Assembly: GCA_918797485.1 (NCBI GenBank)
Contig: CAKKNE010000003.1
Span: forward strand, 2,356,001-2,420,000
Length of the DNA: 64,000 nucleotides
From: Pelagomonas calceolata
Taxonomy: Eukaryota
Direction of reading: 5' to 3'
Shown: piece after piece, positions 1 to 10,627 of the stretch
How positions within the stretch are numbered: position 1 is the first letter of the stretch
How the letters are laid out: every line of letters begins with the position of its first letter
Notes under the pieces: generated by a model
Seen by the model: only the letters and a program-made list of their open reading frames with translations
What the model was told of the DNA's origin: nothing
Database searches by the model: none
Translations under genes and position numbers: made by a program

Positions 1-526
1 GAACCGGACCGACGAGGAGAACGAAAAGCTCGAGTCGAAGCGCAACGACGTGTCGAAGCTGCGGGCGAAGATCGGCTCCGGGTCGATCAGAGTCTTCGAG
101 CAGATTGATGCTGATAAGAGTGGCAAGATCGAGCGCGCGGACCTGATGAAGATTCTGGGCGAATTACCCGGAACCCAAGAAGGCGAGTACCTGCGTGGAA
201 ATCAACCAGTGAGTTAGGTTATACGGAGACGACATCGCGTCGATGGCGTGGGGCGCCCGAAATTTGATTTCCACACAGGCGAGGACAACCTCGACGGCCT
301 CATCAAGGCGCTCGACGTCGACGGCGACGGCATCATCGACATGGACGAGTGGATCGCGCAGCTCGACAAGATCCCGTTGCTCAAGGCACAGCTCGACCAG
401 TACATCGACCCGGCCACCGGTCTCATCAACACCGAATTGACGGGCCCGATGAAGCCGCCGACGGCCGAGGCGACGATTCCTCCGGCCGACGCGCCCGCTG
501 AAGAAGCAGCTCCCGCCGCCGAGTAG
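1..526 (+). CDS. EF-hand calcium-binding protein, 5'-partial; exons <1-182 and 279-526
   Basis: Two EF-hand loops (DADKSGKIERAD, DVDGDGIIDMDE) join in frame (...TQEG/EDNLD...) after removing intron 183-278. Confidence 0.85.
183..278 (+). mobile_element. Introner element, GC-AG intron, 96 nt
   Basis: TIR CTGCGTGGAAATCAA (191-205) / TTGATTTCCACACAG (264-278); TSD GCGAGTAC / GCGAGGAC; core CGCGTCGATGGCGT; removal restores the reading frame. Confidence 0.9.
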
Positions 527-567
527 AACCCCTGCCCCCTCGCGTCTCTAAACTATCACAGCTTAAT

Positions 568-2160
568 CTAACAACACAACGACCGTTCTGCCCGAAGCCG
601 TCTCGCGCGGCGCCGCGCCAAGAACCCCCGAACTGCTGGTTGGATGATCTTCCGTTTGTCCCAGGGCGTAATGTAGGCAAATCGAGGGATCTGGACAGGG
701 AGGGAGCATATGTGGCAGCCCGACCTGACGCACAGCTGCGCCCGCTCCACGAAGAGAAAAGGACGCCCCGTCTGGTGGGGGTGCGAGACGTACGCGGGCC
801 CGAGGACGACGCCGTGGACCGCCGCGGCAAGTCGAATCGCGCAGCGCCAACTCCTGGCCCAACTCCCTTCCTCGTCGAGGGCGCTCCGGAGCTCGGCGGC
901 GTTCGCCACGCGCCGCGCCCCCAGATGAGGTCTGGGCAGTTCCGACCCCACCTCGAGCCGGTCGTCTGACCGCTTGATCTCCGAACGCACCTCGTGCAGC
1001 CGCAGCCGCAGCGACCGATCACTATGAAACCGCCACTCCTTGTCGACGCACCGCGGGGACCCGAGGCAGAGGGCGTCCAGAGGTAAATAGGACGCGACGT
1101 GGGCGACGCAGTCCCCGGGCCAGGTCACGTACGGTTTCGAAGCGGCCCCGAGCGAATAGACGACCTTGTTGCGCCCGACCAAAGCAAGCTCATCAATCTT
1201 CACGTCGCAACTACCAAGCGCCGCCGCCCGCTCAGCTAAATAAGCACAAAAAGTGTCCCAATCTTTCACACCCCTTTTGGCTTGCGCGGGGTCGCACTTC
1301 CAGAACTGGCGCCGGTGCGGAAACTTCGAGGCAAAAATACAACAAGGCACGACGGCGAAGGGCAGACCCAACGACGCCGCGGCGCAGACGGCCGGCTCCG
1401 TCGCCTCGTCGGGGTGCATCGCGACGACGCACGTGGCTTCTGCTAGTAGTGCTTTCGACGCTTGTGAGGGCGGGTAGGCGAAGGGCTCCTTGAGCAGGCG
1501 CACCGCCTCCGAGAAGGCGTCGTCGACGCTTGCTTGTTTGGCCTCGCCCGCGTGGTTTCTATCCAAGCCCACGGGGTCGATCACCGTCGCCTTCCTCGAG
1601 GCGCCTCGCCGCAACAGCGCCGCGGCGACGGCGCCCTTGCCGCCGGCGACGTCGACTACTGTTTCGAGGCGCTCCCGTCCAAATTTCTCGTCGAGCCACG
1701 CGGCGAAGACCTCGGCTCTATCGGTCTTCGGTGCTTCATCCACTACTTGCGGCTCTGCGACAACCGGCGCGACGGCGCCGTCGTAGCGCAGCACGCGCGC
1801 GACGCGGCGGCCGCTCCGGCTCGGTTTTGCTTCAATCACCACCGCTCCTAGACGGTGCCGCGGCCGCTGCGCCGGCCCCGCGGCAAAGGCCTTGGCCGAC
1901 GCGCCGCCCGCGACGACGTCGATAATTTCATTTCGTGCGAGGCCGCCACTCAACTCGCCTCGCACTTCGTCCACGACGCAGCGCGCGATCGTGAGCTGTT
2001 TGCCTAGCTTGCGGCGGCTCGTCACGGCTACTACTATGCTCCGGTCGTCTACGAGCTCGCCGGGGTTGACGTCCTGCTCGACGTGCACCGATGTGTCTGC
2101 GGGTTGCTCTCCGGGGCTTATGTCTTGCTCAACGTGTACTGCATTTTGTTCTGTAGTCAT
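568..2160 (-). CDS. SAM-dependent methyltransferase-like protein with C-terminal IQ-like motif
   Basis: 530-aa ORF; VVDVAGGKG motif I, MHPDEATE, FAVVPCC; IIQPAVRGFLARR at the C-terminus; duplicated VHVEQDxxPGE at the N-terminus. Confidence 0.7.
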   Translation of the reverse strand: MTTEQNAVHVEQDISPGEQPADTSVHVEQDVNPGELVDDRSIVVAVTSRRKLGKQLTIARCVVDEVRGELSGGLARNEIIDVVAGGASAKAFAAGPAQRPRHRLGAVVIEAKPSRSGRRVARVLRYDGAVAPVVAEPQVVDEAPKTDRAEVFAAWLDEKFGRERLETVVDVAGGKGAVAAALLRRGASRKATVIDPVGLDRNHAGEAKQASVDDAFSEAVRLLKEPFAYPPSQASKALLAEATCVVAMHPDEATEPAVCAAASLGLPFAVVPCCIFASKFPHRRQFWKCDPAQAKRGVKDWDTFCAYLAERAAALGSCDVKIDELALVGRNKVVYSLGAASKPYVTWPGDCVAHVASYLPLDALCLGSPRCVDKEWRFHSDRSLRLRLHEVRSEIKRSDDRLEVGSELPRPHLGARRVANAAELRSALDEEGSWARSWRCAIRLAAAVHGVVLGPAYVSHPHQTGRPFLFVERAQLCVRSGCHICSLPVQIPRFAYITPWDKRKIIQPAVRGFLARRRARRLRAERSLCC

Positions 2161-2334
2161 TAGGCATCAATTATTGCTTGCTGCGGGAATGAATAGCGCA
2201 TTTGTGCGGTTACAATCGTCTTGTTGCCCCGCCTGGCTGTAAATCTAGTGGGTTAGTACGCTAGCTTCCAGCTTTGTCGCGGCTCATTCCTCTGCCTATT
2301 TGTGTGTGATTTGAGGCTCTCTATAGTGTAACCA

Positions 2335-3183
2335 ATGAGAGAGTACTATCCAATGACGAATGCTATTAGCGCAACCATCAATCTAGGCTTTAGGAAAACC
2401 GTGGAGACGATGCTGAAGCTAGATGGGGTAGACGTGAACGCGCGTGATGACGACGGCCGGACGGCGCTCGGCGTGTGCGTGCTCGCCGCGGCGCAGTCCC
2501 AGAGCCGGAACGAGGCTCGCAACCAATTGGAAATTGGGCGCCTGCTCGTAGCGCGGGGCGCGAGGGCTGACGCTCTGGGTGACGCACGCCTGCTGCAGTC
2601 GCCGCTCGTAATGCCTATCACGAGCCTGAACGTCGCCGGCACGGACGACATGTATGCCTGGTATGACCTCTTGATAGGTGCCGGCGCGGACCCGAACTCG
2701 ACCTCGGAGGTGTTGGTCGACGGCTTCCGGTGTCGCATGTCGATGCTATCGCGAGTGCTCTTTTTCTTTCCAGTGACAGCGCTCATCACGACGGAGAAGC
2801 GGCTCGCGCTCATCAAGCTCTTGCTCCGGGCGGGCGCGAATCCGTGCGTGCGCGACCAGGGACTCGACCTGTTACGGGATTGGGGACCGCGGAGTTATGC
2901 GTGTACGACGTATAGCGCGACCTGGGCGCTCGACGACGCCGTAGCGCGGGCGCCCGAACTGGCCGACGACGAGCATTACGTCGCGGCGAAATGCCTTGTC
3001 AAGGGCGTCGTCGCCGCCGGGTCCTACAAGAAGTACGTCCGTCTGCCGCTGCAGGAATTGCTCAACCTGCTCTCGCTCGCGCAGCGCGGCAAGCTCACGA
3101 CGACCGATCCAGTCATGAAGGCGCTCGTCGGCGTCGACAACCACGTCGTATGGAACGTCTTCACGTACTGGGCGGAGTCGTGA
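2335..3183 (+). CDS. Ankyrin-repeat protein
   Basis: DVNARDDDGRTAL, LLIGAGADPN, LLLRAGANP motifs. Confidence 0.8.
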   Translation: MREYYPMTNAISATINLGFRKTVETMLKLDGVDVNARDDDGRTALGVCVLAAAQSQSRNEARNQLEIGRLLVARGARADALGDARLLQSPLVMPITSLNVAGTDDMYAWYDLLIGAGADPNSTSEVLVDGFRCRMSMLSRVLFFFPVTALITTEKRLALIKLLLRAGANPCVRDQGLDLLRDWGPRSYACTTYSATWALDDAVARAPELADDEHYVAAKCLVKGVVAAGSYKKYVRLPLQELLNLLSLAQRGKLTTTDPVMKALVGVDNHVVWNVFTYWAES

Positions 3184-3207
3184 GTAATACAAGTTAACAT
3201 ACAACCT

Positions 3208-5460
3208 TCACCGGTATCGCGCGTGCCGCCGCCCCCTAGCGCTCGCCGCGCTCGGAGTGGCCGCGGGCGCGAGGACCTCCGTGCCATCGGCGAGATATGG
3301 GACGTCCCATTTCGCGAGCGACGAGCGTGGGATTTTCTCGAGCACGGTGCCGTCCGGGAGCTCGAAGCTCACCACGTCCACATCAATCGATGCGACGACA
3401 CCCGCGAGCACGCGCACCGTGCCCGCCTCGACGTCGACGCCCGCGACGTGCAGGAGGTCGTCGCCGACCTTCACATCTTTGCCGGGCGGGACCGCGGCGA
3501 GGCCGTGCGACGCGAGGACCGCCGCGACGGCGTCCGTGCGGCCCTCCTTGTTTTCGAGCCGAGCCGCGTCCAACGTGGCGCCCACGACGCGTTTTGCGTC
3601 GTACTCAAATTTGTTGAGTTCGCGGAACATACCTTCTAGCTTGGCCTCGCGCTTTTCCAGACGCGTCGCGGCCATGCGCGCTCGACGAGATGCTCGCTCC
3701 GTCGCGTCCGCAACAGCGGCGCGCAACGCGGCCCTCTCTTCGCCGAGTTGTTCGCGCTCGTCGGCGGCGGCCTGCGCCGCGTCGGCGGCTTCCGCGCGGG
3801 CAGCGTCCAACGCCGACCAGAGCGCGTCGGCGTTGGCGTCGGCCGGCGCCGCCGGCGTCTCGGCGACGAGGAGCTCCTCGGCGCGACGCACAACGGCGTC
3901 GGGCAGCCCCGAGCGCGCCGCCGCCGCGAGGGCGTCGGCTTTTCCGGGAGCGCCAGGCCGTGGAGAAAACGTCGGGCGTCCGGCCTCGTCGACGCGGAAC
4001 GCCAGCGACAAATAGCGCGGGTCGCGAGCGGGCAGCGCCTTCAAAGCCGCGACGTGCGTGGCGCACACCGTCGTCGCGCCGTTGTCACAGAGCGCGTCCA
4101 GAGCGGCCGTCGCGACGGCGGCGCCCTCCGCCACGTCGGTGGCGCCGCCCAGTTCATCTAACAAAGCCAGAACGTCGTCGCTCTCAAGCGCCGCGGCCAG
4201 CGTGCGGCAGCGCGCCTCGTAGGTCGACCGCTGGGGAAACGCGGTCCGCGCCGCGCCGTCGACGTCCGCGAGCACCCGGCCGTATGAGGGCACCGCGGCT
4301 CGCGTCGCCGGCACCGGCACGCCGAGGCGCGTCAAAATGGCGGCAAGACCGACGGTGCGCAGCAGCGACGTCTTCCCGCCGCCGTTGGGACCACTCACAA
4401 CGACAGCGCCGCCCCTAGCCGCGATTACGTCGATCGGCACTACACTATCGACGGCCGCGTCCAGCAGCAGCGTCGGGTCCCGGGCCCCCACGAGGTCCAG
4501 GCACGCGCCGCTCTCGGGCACGACGCCCTGGAGGTCGTCGAAGCCGCACAGGGCGCGCGCCCGCGCCGCATCAAGCGCCGCCACGGCTTCGAGAGCGGCT
4601 CGTAGTGGATCCGCCGTCTTGGAGAGCTGCGCCGTCAGCTCCGCCAGGCGCTGCGTCTCGGCCGTCTCTAACGCTGACAAAGCAGCTTCGACTGCGTCGG
4701 CGGCCGCGGCGCAGCCGTGGGGCTCGACGTAGGAGGAACGGCCCGACCGCGACGCGCCGCGCTTGCGGCCCAGCGCTTTCGGTGGGGTCGCACTTTTCAC
4801 GGGCACGACGAACCGATCCTTCTCGAGCTCGAACAGGCCGTCGTGCTCGGCGCGCTCCGACGCGACTGCGGTGGCGAGCCTCGCCCGGGCCTTCGTCACC
4901 GCATGCCGCGCCTCGGCGAGCGCCGGCGTGTCGGCGAGCGCCGTGGTCATACAACCGTGTTCGTCGCGTTCAAAAGCATCTGCCTCGAAGGCGCGCGTCG
5001 CGGGCGCCGCGGCGAGCAGCGCCGCCGTCGGCAGCTCAGTATCTGCCTCGGCGGCCCACGTGGCCGCTTCGGTGACGGCAGCCGTCGCGTCGGCGGCCGC
5101 GGCGAGGTCGTCGGCAGTGACTGACGCGCCGGACTTGGCGGCCTCGAGGACGTCGTCGGCGACGTCGCGGCCCAGGAACGGCTCTAGCTTTTCCGACGCG
5201 TCGTGTGCGGCGAGCGTTTCGGCGTAGTCCGCTGGCCGCGTGGCGTTGTACGCAGCGAAGAGACGCTGGGCGCGTCGGCCTACACAGCGTCGCCGCAGCG
5301 CCTTCAGCACAGTGTTACCACCAAGGGCGTCGAATGATGCGGCTTCGAGTGATGGTGGAGTCAGTGCGGCTCTTTGTTGTGTGATTGCTCGATGGCGTGG
5401 CGGTGTTGTGATGAGTGCTGATGCAGCCGGCAGGAGAGCGGCCCAGAGGTGCAGCTTCAT
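3208..5460 (-). CDS. MutS2-like ATPase, probably plastid-targeted
   Basis: Signal peptide; Walker A GPNGGGKT; LLDELGGATD; CATH; SRSGRSSYVEP; coiled coil; no obvious Smr domain. Confidence 0.8.
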   Translation of the reverse strand: MKLHLWAALLPAASALITTPPRHRAITQQRAALTPPSLEAASFDALGGNTVLKALRRRCVGRRAQRLFAAYNATRPADYAETLAAHDASEKLEPFLGRDVADDVLEAAKSGASVTADDLAAAADATAAVTEAATWAAEADTELPTAALLAAAPATRAFEADAFERDEHGCMTTALADTPALAEARHAVTKARARLATAVASERAEHDGLFELEKDRFVVPVKSATPPKALGRKRGASRSGRSSYVEPHGCAAAADAVEAALSALETAETQRLAELTAQLSKTADPLRAALEAVAALDAARARALCGFDDLQGVVPESGACLDLVGARDPTLLLDAAVDSVVPIDVIAARGGAVVVSGPNGGGKTSLLRTVGLAAILTRLGVPVPATRAAVPSYGRVLADVDGAARTAFPQRSTYEARCRTLAAALESDDVLALLDELGGATDVAEGAAVATAALDALCDNGATTVCATHVAALKALPARDPRYLSLAFRVDEAGRPTFSPRPGAPGKADALAAAARSGLPDAVVRRAEELLVAETPAAPADANADALWSALDAARAEAADAAQAAADEREQLGEERAALRAAVADATERASRRARMAATRLEKREAKLEGMFRELNKFEYDAKRVVGATLDAARLENKEGRTDAVAAVLASHGLAAVPPGKDVKVGDDLLHVAGVDVEAGTVRVLAGVVASIDVDVVSFELPDGTVLEKIPRSSLAKWDVPYLADGTEVLAPAATPSAASARGRRHARYR

Positions 5461-5723
5461 GCCGCACGGATTGCTGGGTGTAACAGCTTCTCAACGCAGT
5501 AGCGTGACAGTACGTGAGCTCTCAATGACGGCTGGAGCTGGAGGCTTGCTAGAGTCTTACACCGCCGCTAGCTAAATCACGGGTGCGCGAAAAACGGAGA
5601 CGGTAAGGTCGGCGCTCGCGTTGACCGGGTCGGAGGACGGCTGGCTGCGCGTGGCAGGAACGCGCGCAGCGCGGCGGCGGCGCCGTCACAACCCAATGTC
5701 ATAGGCCGCAGCACGCCAGCAGC

Positions 5724-7235
5724 ATGCGATGGATCTTGGCAGCGCTGCTCTGCGCCGGCACCCGCGCGACGGGCAAAGGGCCGGTGGGCATCTATGTCAT
5801 TGACGACCGCTACGCCGCGGTCGCGGACTCGAACGCGAATGCGTTGTTAATCGTAGACGTATTGCGAGGCGGCGTCGCTGGGAGCCGGCGCTGGCCCTCG
5901 CCCAAAAATGACACGAAGGAGTGGTACTCGCTCACGGGCGTGGCGAGCTGCGCCAACTGCAGCTTCGCGTACCTCACGACCAACCACGGCCCCGCATTCT
6001 GGCGCATGGATTTGACGAAGCCGCTCGCCGCCCTGGCGCACGCCGACGATTTTGCTGATTTAGCGCGCGCGACGCTCGTCGAGCTGCCGTGCCTCCGTTC
6101 CCTGGACGCCAACACGCGCATGGTGGCCCTCAAGCGAGACGGGTCGGTCGGGTTCGTGGCCCTCAAGGCCGCGGGCGTGGCGGCCTTCGCGCCCCGCGCT
6201 ATTCATGCGTCGGCGAAACGGTGCGACTCCTTGAACGTGCGCCTCGTCGCATCCAAGGACGCCATGCGGGGGGGCAAGACCTTCGCCGGGCTCGCGTTGA
6301 GCCGCGACGACGCGACGTTGTACGTCACGGCCGAGAACGGCGTCTTCTCCATCCGGGCGACCGGCACTTTCCAGAAGCGGGCCGAGAAATTAACGGGCGA
6401 GCCCGCGTGCGGCCTCCACAACGTCCACCTCCGGGAGACGGCCCCGCAAAATGGCCACCTGTACGTCGTGGGCCACCCCTCCGCCGATAACGCGGGCATG
6501 GCCGTCTACCGCTTGGGAAAGAAAAAGGGCGCGTGCGCGCTCGTCGCGGGCGACGTCAACAAGCACGAGGACTGGCGCGACGGCGCGGGCGCCGCCGCGC
6601 GGTTCAGCCGGCCGCACCAGATGGCGGCGTTCCGCGCGAACGAGCTGCTCCTCACGGATATTGATAACCGCGCGGTGCGACGAATCACGCTCGCCGACGG
6701 GCGCGCCTCGACCGTGCCCTACGACAACAACCACTTGTACACGGAACTCTGGCGATTGGGCGGTCCACAGCGTCACGACCATGGACAGTACGTTTACCCG
6801 CTGGGCGACCGGTTCCCGTCAACACACGCGACGCCTCTCAGTGAGGCGGACCGCAACCGCGACGTCGGCGTGGATCCCGCGCCGGACAACGAGTCGGCGA
6901 CCGCGGCGGCGGCGGCCGCCGCCTGCGCGGCCCGCGGCGCCGCGCTCTGCCCGCCCGCCGCGCTGCGCGACGACGGCGTGCTGGGGCGCCTCCGGCGGAG
7001 CGCCGCGTGGACGAGTCAGAGCTGCCATTCCTGCTGGCTCCACTGGCCGGGCGAGTGTCCGAGGCCCAAGGCCCACGAGCAAGCAAAGAAGCGCACCTCC
7101 GCCGCCTGGGGCGCCGGGTACCAGATGGTCGCGCGCGTTGGCGCGGGGGATGTTCGCTTCGAGTGCACGGATGTGAAGAAAAAGGTCGGGACGAGGCCCC
7201 TCTGCTGCAGCAGTTCCAACGGACCGGCCGCATAA
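5724..7235 (+). CDS. Secreted NHL/beta-propeller repeat protein
   Basis: Signal peptide; DGAGAAARFSRPHQM...LLLTDIDNRAVRRI NHL signature; Cys-rich C-terminus. Confidence 0.7.
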   Translation: MRWILAALLCAGTRATGKGPVGIYVIDDRYAAVADSNANALLIVDVLRGGVAGSRRWPSPKNDTKEWYSLTGVASCANCSFAYLTTNHGPAFWRMDLTKPLAALAHADDFADLARATLVELPCLRSLDANTRMVALKRDGSVGFVALKAAGVAAFAPRAIHASAKRCDSLNVRLVASKDAMRGGKTFAGLALSRDDATLYVTAENGVFSIRATGTFQKRAEKLTGEPACGLHNVHLRETAPQNGHLYVVGHPSADNAGMAVYRLGKKKGACALVAGDVNKHEDWRDGAGAAARFSRPHQMAAFRANELLLTDIDNRAVRRITLADGRASTVPYDNNHLYTELWRLGGPQRHDHGQYVYPLGDRFPSTHATPLSEADRNRDVGVDPAPDNESATAAAAAAACAARGAALCPPAALRDDGVLGRLRRSAAWTSQSCHSCWLHWPGECPRPKAHEQAKKRTSAAWGAGYQMVARVGAGDVRFECTDVKKKVGTRPLCCSSSNGPAA

Positions 7236-7291
7236 TTGTGATGTTTGAATGGTTAAACTTAACGTCTGCGAACTCAGAGCGCACGATGTCA

Positions 7292-7476
7292 CAGGCTCAG
7301 GCTCAGGCTCAGGCTAGTTACGCCCGGGTTACGTCGCGGGGTCCCCCGTACCCCTCCCGCTCCCCCCGGGCCCACCCGTCCGGCTGGACTAGGACGCAAG
7401 GGCTGAGTCACAGGGACTCGCACGCCCGGGCCCCTCTAACAGGCTCAGGCTTCCATGTGTGTTACAGGCCGCTAGC
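7292..7476 (-). repeat. Dispersed G-rich repeat with (AGCCTG)n tail, copy 1
   Basis: Reverse complement of GGGAGCGGGAGGGGTACGGGGGACCCCGCGACGTAAC...CTAGCCTGAGCCTG; also at 44886-45039 and 62133-62215. Confidence 0.85.
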
Positions 7477-7571
7477 TTAACTCACCATCACTGTCTTGGA
7501 GGCCGACGCAGTATCCCATCTACGGAAACTGTATCTATCTTACAAGTTACCCTTCTGGGAAGCGGTTCGCG

Positions 7572-7970
7572 ATGACCTTCATCGACGTCGCCGACGAGCT
7601 GCTCTTCGAGCGCGTGCTGGACCGCGTCGAGCGCGAGGTCGCGTGTGTCGTGGCCCACCTGCGCGAAGGGCTCCCGACGGAGACCTGCGCCGACCCGCTG
7701 CCGTCATACGTGCCGCCGTTCGGTCAGGAGGCGAACGCGGCGCTAGCGCCCTTGGAACCGCACAAGCGTCCGGTCACGGATACTTCGCTCGCCGACGCTG
7801 TAGAAGGCCTCAAGAAAGGGCAGAACGTGCGGATACCAGGCCTTTTAGACGAGAGGATCGAGGAGTGTGGCCCGAACCGCAACTGCTACGAGGCCGTGAA
7901 GCGCGAACGCAACGCGTCGAGGCCGCCGCTCGAGGAGTTCCTGAGCCGCTTCCTAAATTTACCCACTTAG
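7572..7970 (+). CDS. Hypothetical protein, 132 aa
   Basis: ATG-started ORF with GC3-biased codons; overlaps the 3' end of the convergent gene. Confidence 0.5.
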   Translation: MTFIDVADELLFERVLDRVEREVACVVAHLREGLPTETCADPLPSYVPPFGQEANAALAPLEPHKRPVTDTSLADAVEGLKKGQNVRIPGLLDERIEECGPNRNCYEAVKRERNASRPPLEEFLSRFLNLPT

Positions 7971-9041
7971 TGCCCGTCCTAGAACTTCCAGATCCACGTT
8001 CCCCCCACAAGCGACGAGCGCGACGTTCGCCCACCCCTTCTCGGCGCGCAGCGCGGCGAAGTCGGGGGATAGAGCCGCCGCGAGCGCGACGGCGCCCGCC
8101 GGCTCGACGGCCTGTTTCAACTCAACAGCAGTACAACGCACCGCGTCGAGAATCTGGCCGTCGTCGACCGTCAAAACGTCCTCGACGAGACCGAACGCGA
8201 GGGGCCAGGCCAGAGATTCCCCGAGCAGCCGCGTCGGCATCGCGTCGGCCACCGTTTTTAGGGTCGGGGCGGCTTTCAACTCGTCGTCGGAGAAGATGCA
8301 CCGCTCTCCCCGTTGGAAGGCGTCGCCGAGGCGCTTGCCAGCAGGCTCGACGGCCACGACCTTCGTGTTCGTCCCCGCGCACGCCGTCGCAATACCAGAA
8401 AGCATGCCCCCGCCCGACACGGGCACCAAAATGGCGTCCAACGCCGGTACGTCCTGCAACAACTCCAGCCCGATGGTCCCCTGGCCTTGTATGACTCGCG
8501 CGTCGTCAAACGGGTGGATTATTGAGGCGCCGCCCAACCGCTCCGCGGCTTCAACGGAAGCTTGCGCGCGCGCCTGCGGCGACGGCTCGCACTGCACGAT
8601 GTCGTCGCAGTAGCGTGCTATGTTTTCGAGCTTCGCGACCGGGGTCGTCCGCGGCACGACGATGCAACAAGGCGCGCCGCGCGCTTTTGCTGCTCTAGCG
8701 ACGGCGGCGCCGTGGTTGCCCGTGCTGTGCGCGACGACGCCTCTTGATGCTTCCTCGTCTGTTAAGGAGAGCACGGCGTTCAATGCGCCGCGATATTTGA
8801 ATGAACCGGTGGTCTGCAGGTGCTCGGCCTTCACATGTATGGAACACGACGCGCGGGCATCTATCTGATCGCTCCGCAAGATGGGCGTCCGGCTCGCGTG
8901 CGGCTCGATGCGCGCGGCGGCGGCACGGACGAGGTCCGGGCTCACACTGCTTAGAGCTTGTTTGAGGCCCTGGACTCTTGCGGTCATGGCCATCGTTGCT
9001 TGTAATGCGACGATCAGAGCGACGCGTGCGAGCGCTTGCAT
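7959..9041 (-). CDS. PLP-dependent serine racemase / threonine dehydratase family protein
   Basis: KAEHLQTTGSFKYRGA (PLP lysine), HSTGNHG, GQGTIGLE, PVSGGGM, GGNVD. Confidence 0.92.
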   Translation of the reverse strand: MQALARVALIVALQATMAMTARVQGLKQALSSVSPDLVRAAAARIEPHASRTPILRSDQIDARASCSIHVKAEHLQTTGSFKYRGALNAVLSLTDEEASRGVVAHSTGNHGAAVARAAKARGAPCCIVVPRTTPVAKLENIARYCDDIVQCEPSPQARAQASVEAAERLGGASIIHPFDDARVIQGQGTIGLELLQDVPALDAILVPVSGGGMLSGIATACAGTNTKVVAVEPAGKRLGDAFQRGERCIFSDDELKAAPTLKTVADAMPTRLLGESLAWPLAFGLVEDVLTVDDGQILDAVRCTAVELKQAVEPAGAVALAAALSPDFAALRAEKGWANVALVACGGNVDLEVLGRALSG

Positions 9042-9357
9042 TCAGCTGCTGTGCACTGCCACAGTGTGCAGCCGTGCGGCTCGCGGCGGTTGCGTGCCAG
9101 CAGCTCTTATTCGCTGCTGCGGTGGAGGTATTCCGCCAGTCCTGCGGTGCTGCTGTCGCGTTTCGCACGCCTTGGGCCGCCAGGGCCTCCTCGCAGAGCC
9201 AGCCTGCAAGCTCTCCTTGGCAAAGCCACCTGGGACGCATACGTACCGTTCAGCAAAAAGGCTTCGCAGGCGTCGATAATTACTCAAACCCTACTGCTGC
9301 TGCTGATCAGCGGCGTGAAACGACGCGGCGCATACCTCTTGTCACAAAGCTCTCAAG

Positions 9358-10592
9358 ATGCCGAGCAGCAAGACGCAGACGACGCGCGACAGGAACCTGG
9401 CCAAGATCTTCGTCGCCCTGCCATTGCTCGTTACGATCATTCTCGCGGCGCTGCGCGCGGTCGCCGGCTCGATGCTGGGCGGCGTCGGTTTGCTCGCACT
9501 CGTCTACTGCGGCGCGCGCATGGCCGTCGCCCTGCGGGGCTGGACGCCGCGTTTCTTGAGAAGGCCGCGCGCCACGCGACTCAAACGAGAGGGCCGCTGC
9601 ATACGAGGTGCAGCGCTCGTGACCGGGTGCACGCAAGGCCTCGGCCGCGCCTTTGCGAGAGGCCTCGTGGAACGCGGCGTGCCCGTCGTGTTGGTGAGTC
9701 GCGACCAGACGAAGCTCGAGGCGCTGGCGGGCGACCTCCAGTCCGAGTTTCCGGCCGCGAGCTGTAGAATCCTCGCGCACGACTTCGCCGGGCCCGCCGG
9801 TGGCTTCTACGGCAAGGTCGCGGACGTTATTCGAAGGGACGTGGCCCTCGTGGTCAACAACGTCGGTGTGGTTTGTGGCCCGCGTCCGCGACCTTCGCCT
9901 CCCGTTGCGCGTCTGTGCGCGAGGTTTACAGCATTCCTCGACGACGATACGGGTCGATCGTGTGGAGACGGGTCGCGCCTCGCGAGACGCCGTCGACGCG
10001 CCCCCGCACGCAGGGCGTCGACTACCCCCTGACCCATGACGAGCTCGACGAATCAATGCTCGAGAACATGATTACCGTAAACTGCTGCGCAACAGCAAAA
10101 ATGTGCCGCGTCGCCTTACCTCTGCTCGCGGAGCGGGGCGGGACTATCGTAAACGTGGGCTCGGGGTCCGCCGCGCAGCCGACGCCGTACCTCTCCCATT
10201 ACTCGGCCACAAAGGCCTTCGTCGAGCAGCTGTCGCGGAGTCTGGACCGCGAGTGGCGGCCCAGAAACGTGCGCGTGCTCTGCGCGGCGCCGTACTACGT
10301 CTCCTCAACAGGATTGTACAAGGCTCGGGCGTCGTGGCACGCGCCCCCGGCTCAGGTAATAGTGGACGGCGTCTTCGCCACGCTGAGCGACGCGCGGCAG
10401 GGGTCGTTCGAGGTGATCCGTGCGTGTACGGCGCACGAGGTCATCGGGGTGCTCTTCACGTCCATCGCCGAGGACCCGGTCCTATCCTCAGTCTGCGCGC
10501 CGGTCGCGCGGCTTCTAGGCGCCTCCGGTTCCATGGTCGAGGTCATGGCGAAGGCGCGGGGGCGGTACCTCGCTTCTTCTGGGGGTCGCTAA
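9358..10592 (+). CDS. Short-chain dehydrogenase/reductase (3-ketoacyl-CoA reductase / 17beta-HSD-like); one intron ~9868-10013
   Basis: TGCTQGLG and VVNNVG in exon 1; NVGS and YSATK in exon 2; the frame change is bridged by an intron ending CACGCAG; exact donor uncertain. Confidence 0.85.
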
Positions 10593-10627
10593 TGTGCTGA
10601 AGTATTATTTAACACACAGAATCTTAT

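Noticed and set aside
3223..5575. Many long overlapping Arg/Ala/Pro-rich ORFs here and throughout the window
   Set aside because: They are shadow or antisense frames expected at high GC, overlapping genes with recognisable motifs
7292..7316. Telomeric repeat
   Set aside because: The unit is CAGGCT, not TTAGGG-like, and it is part of a dispersed element
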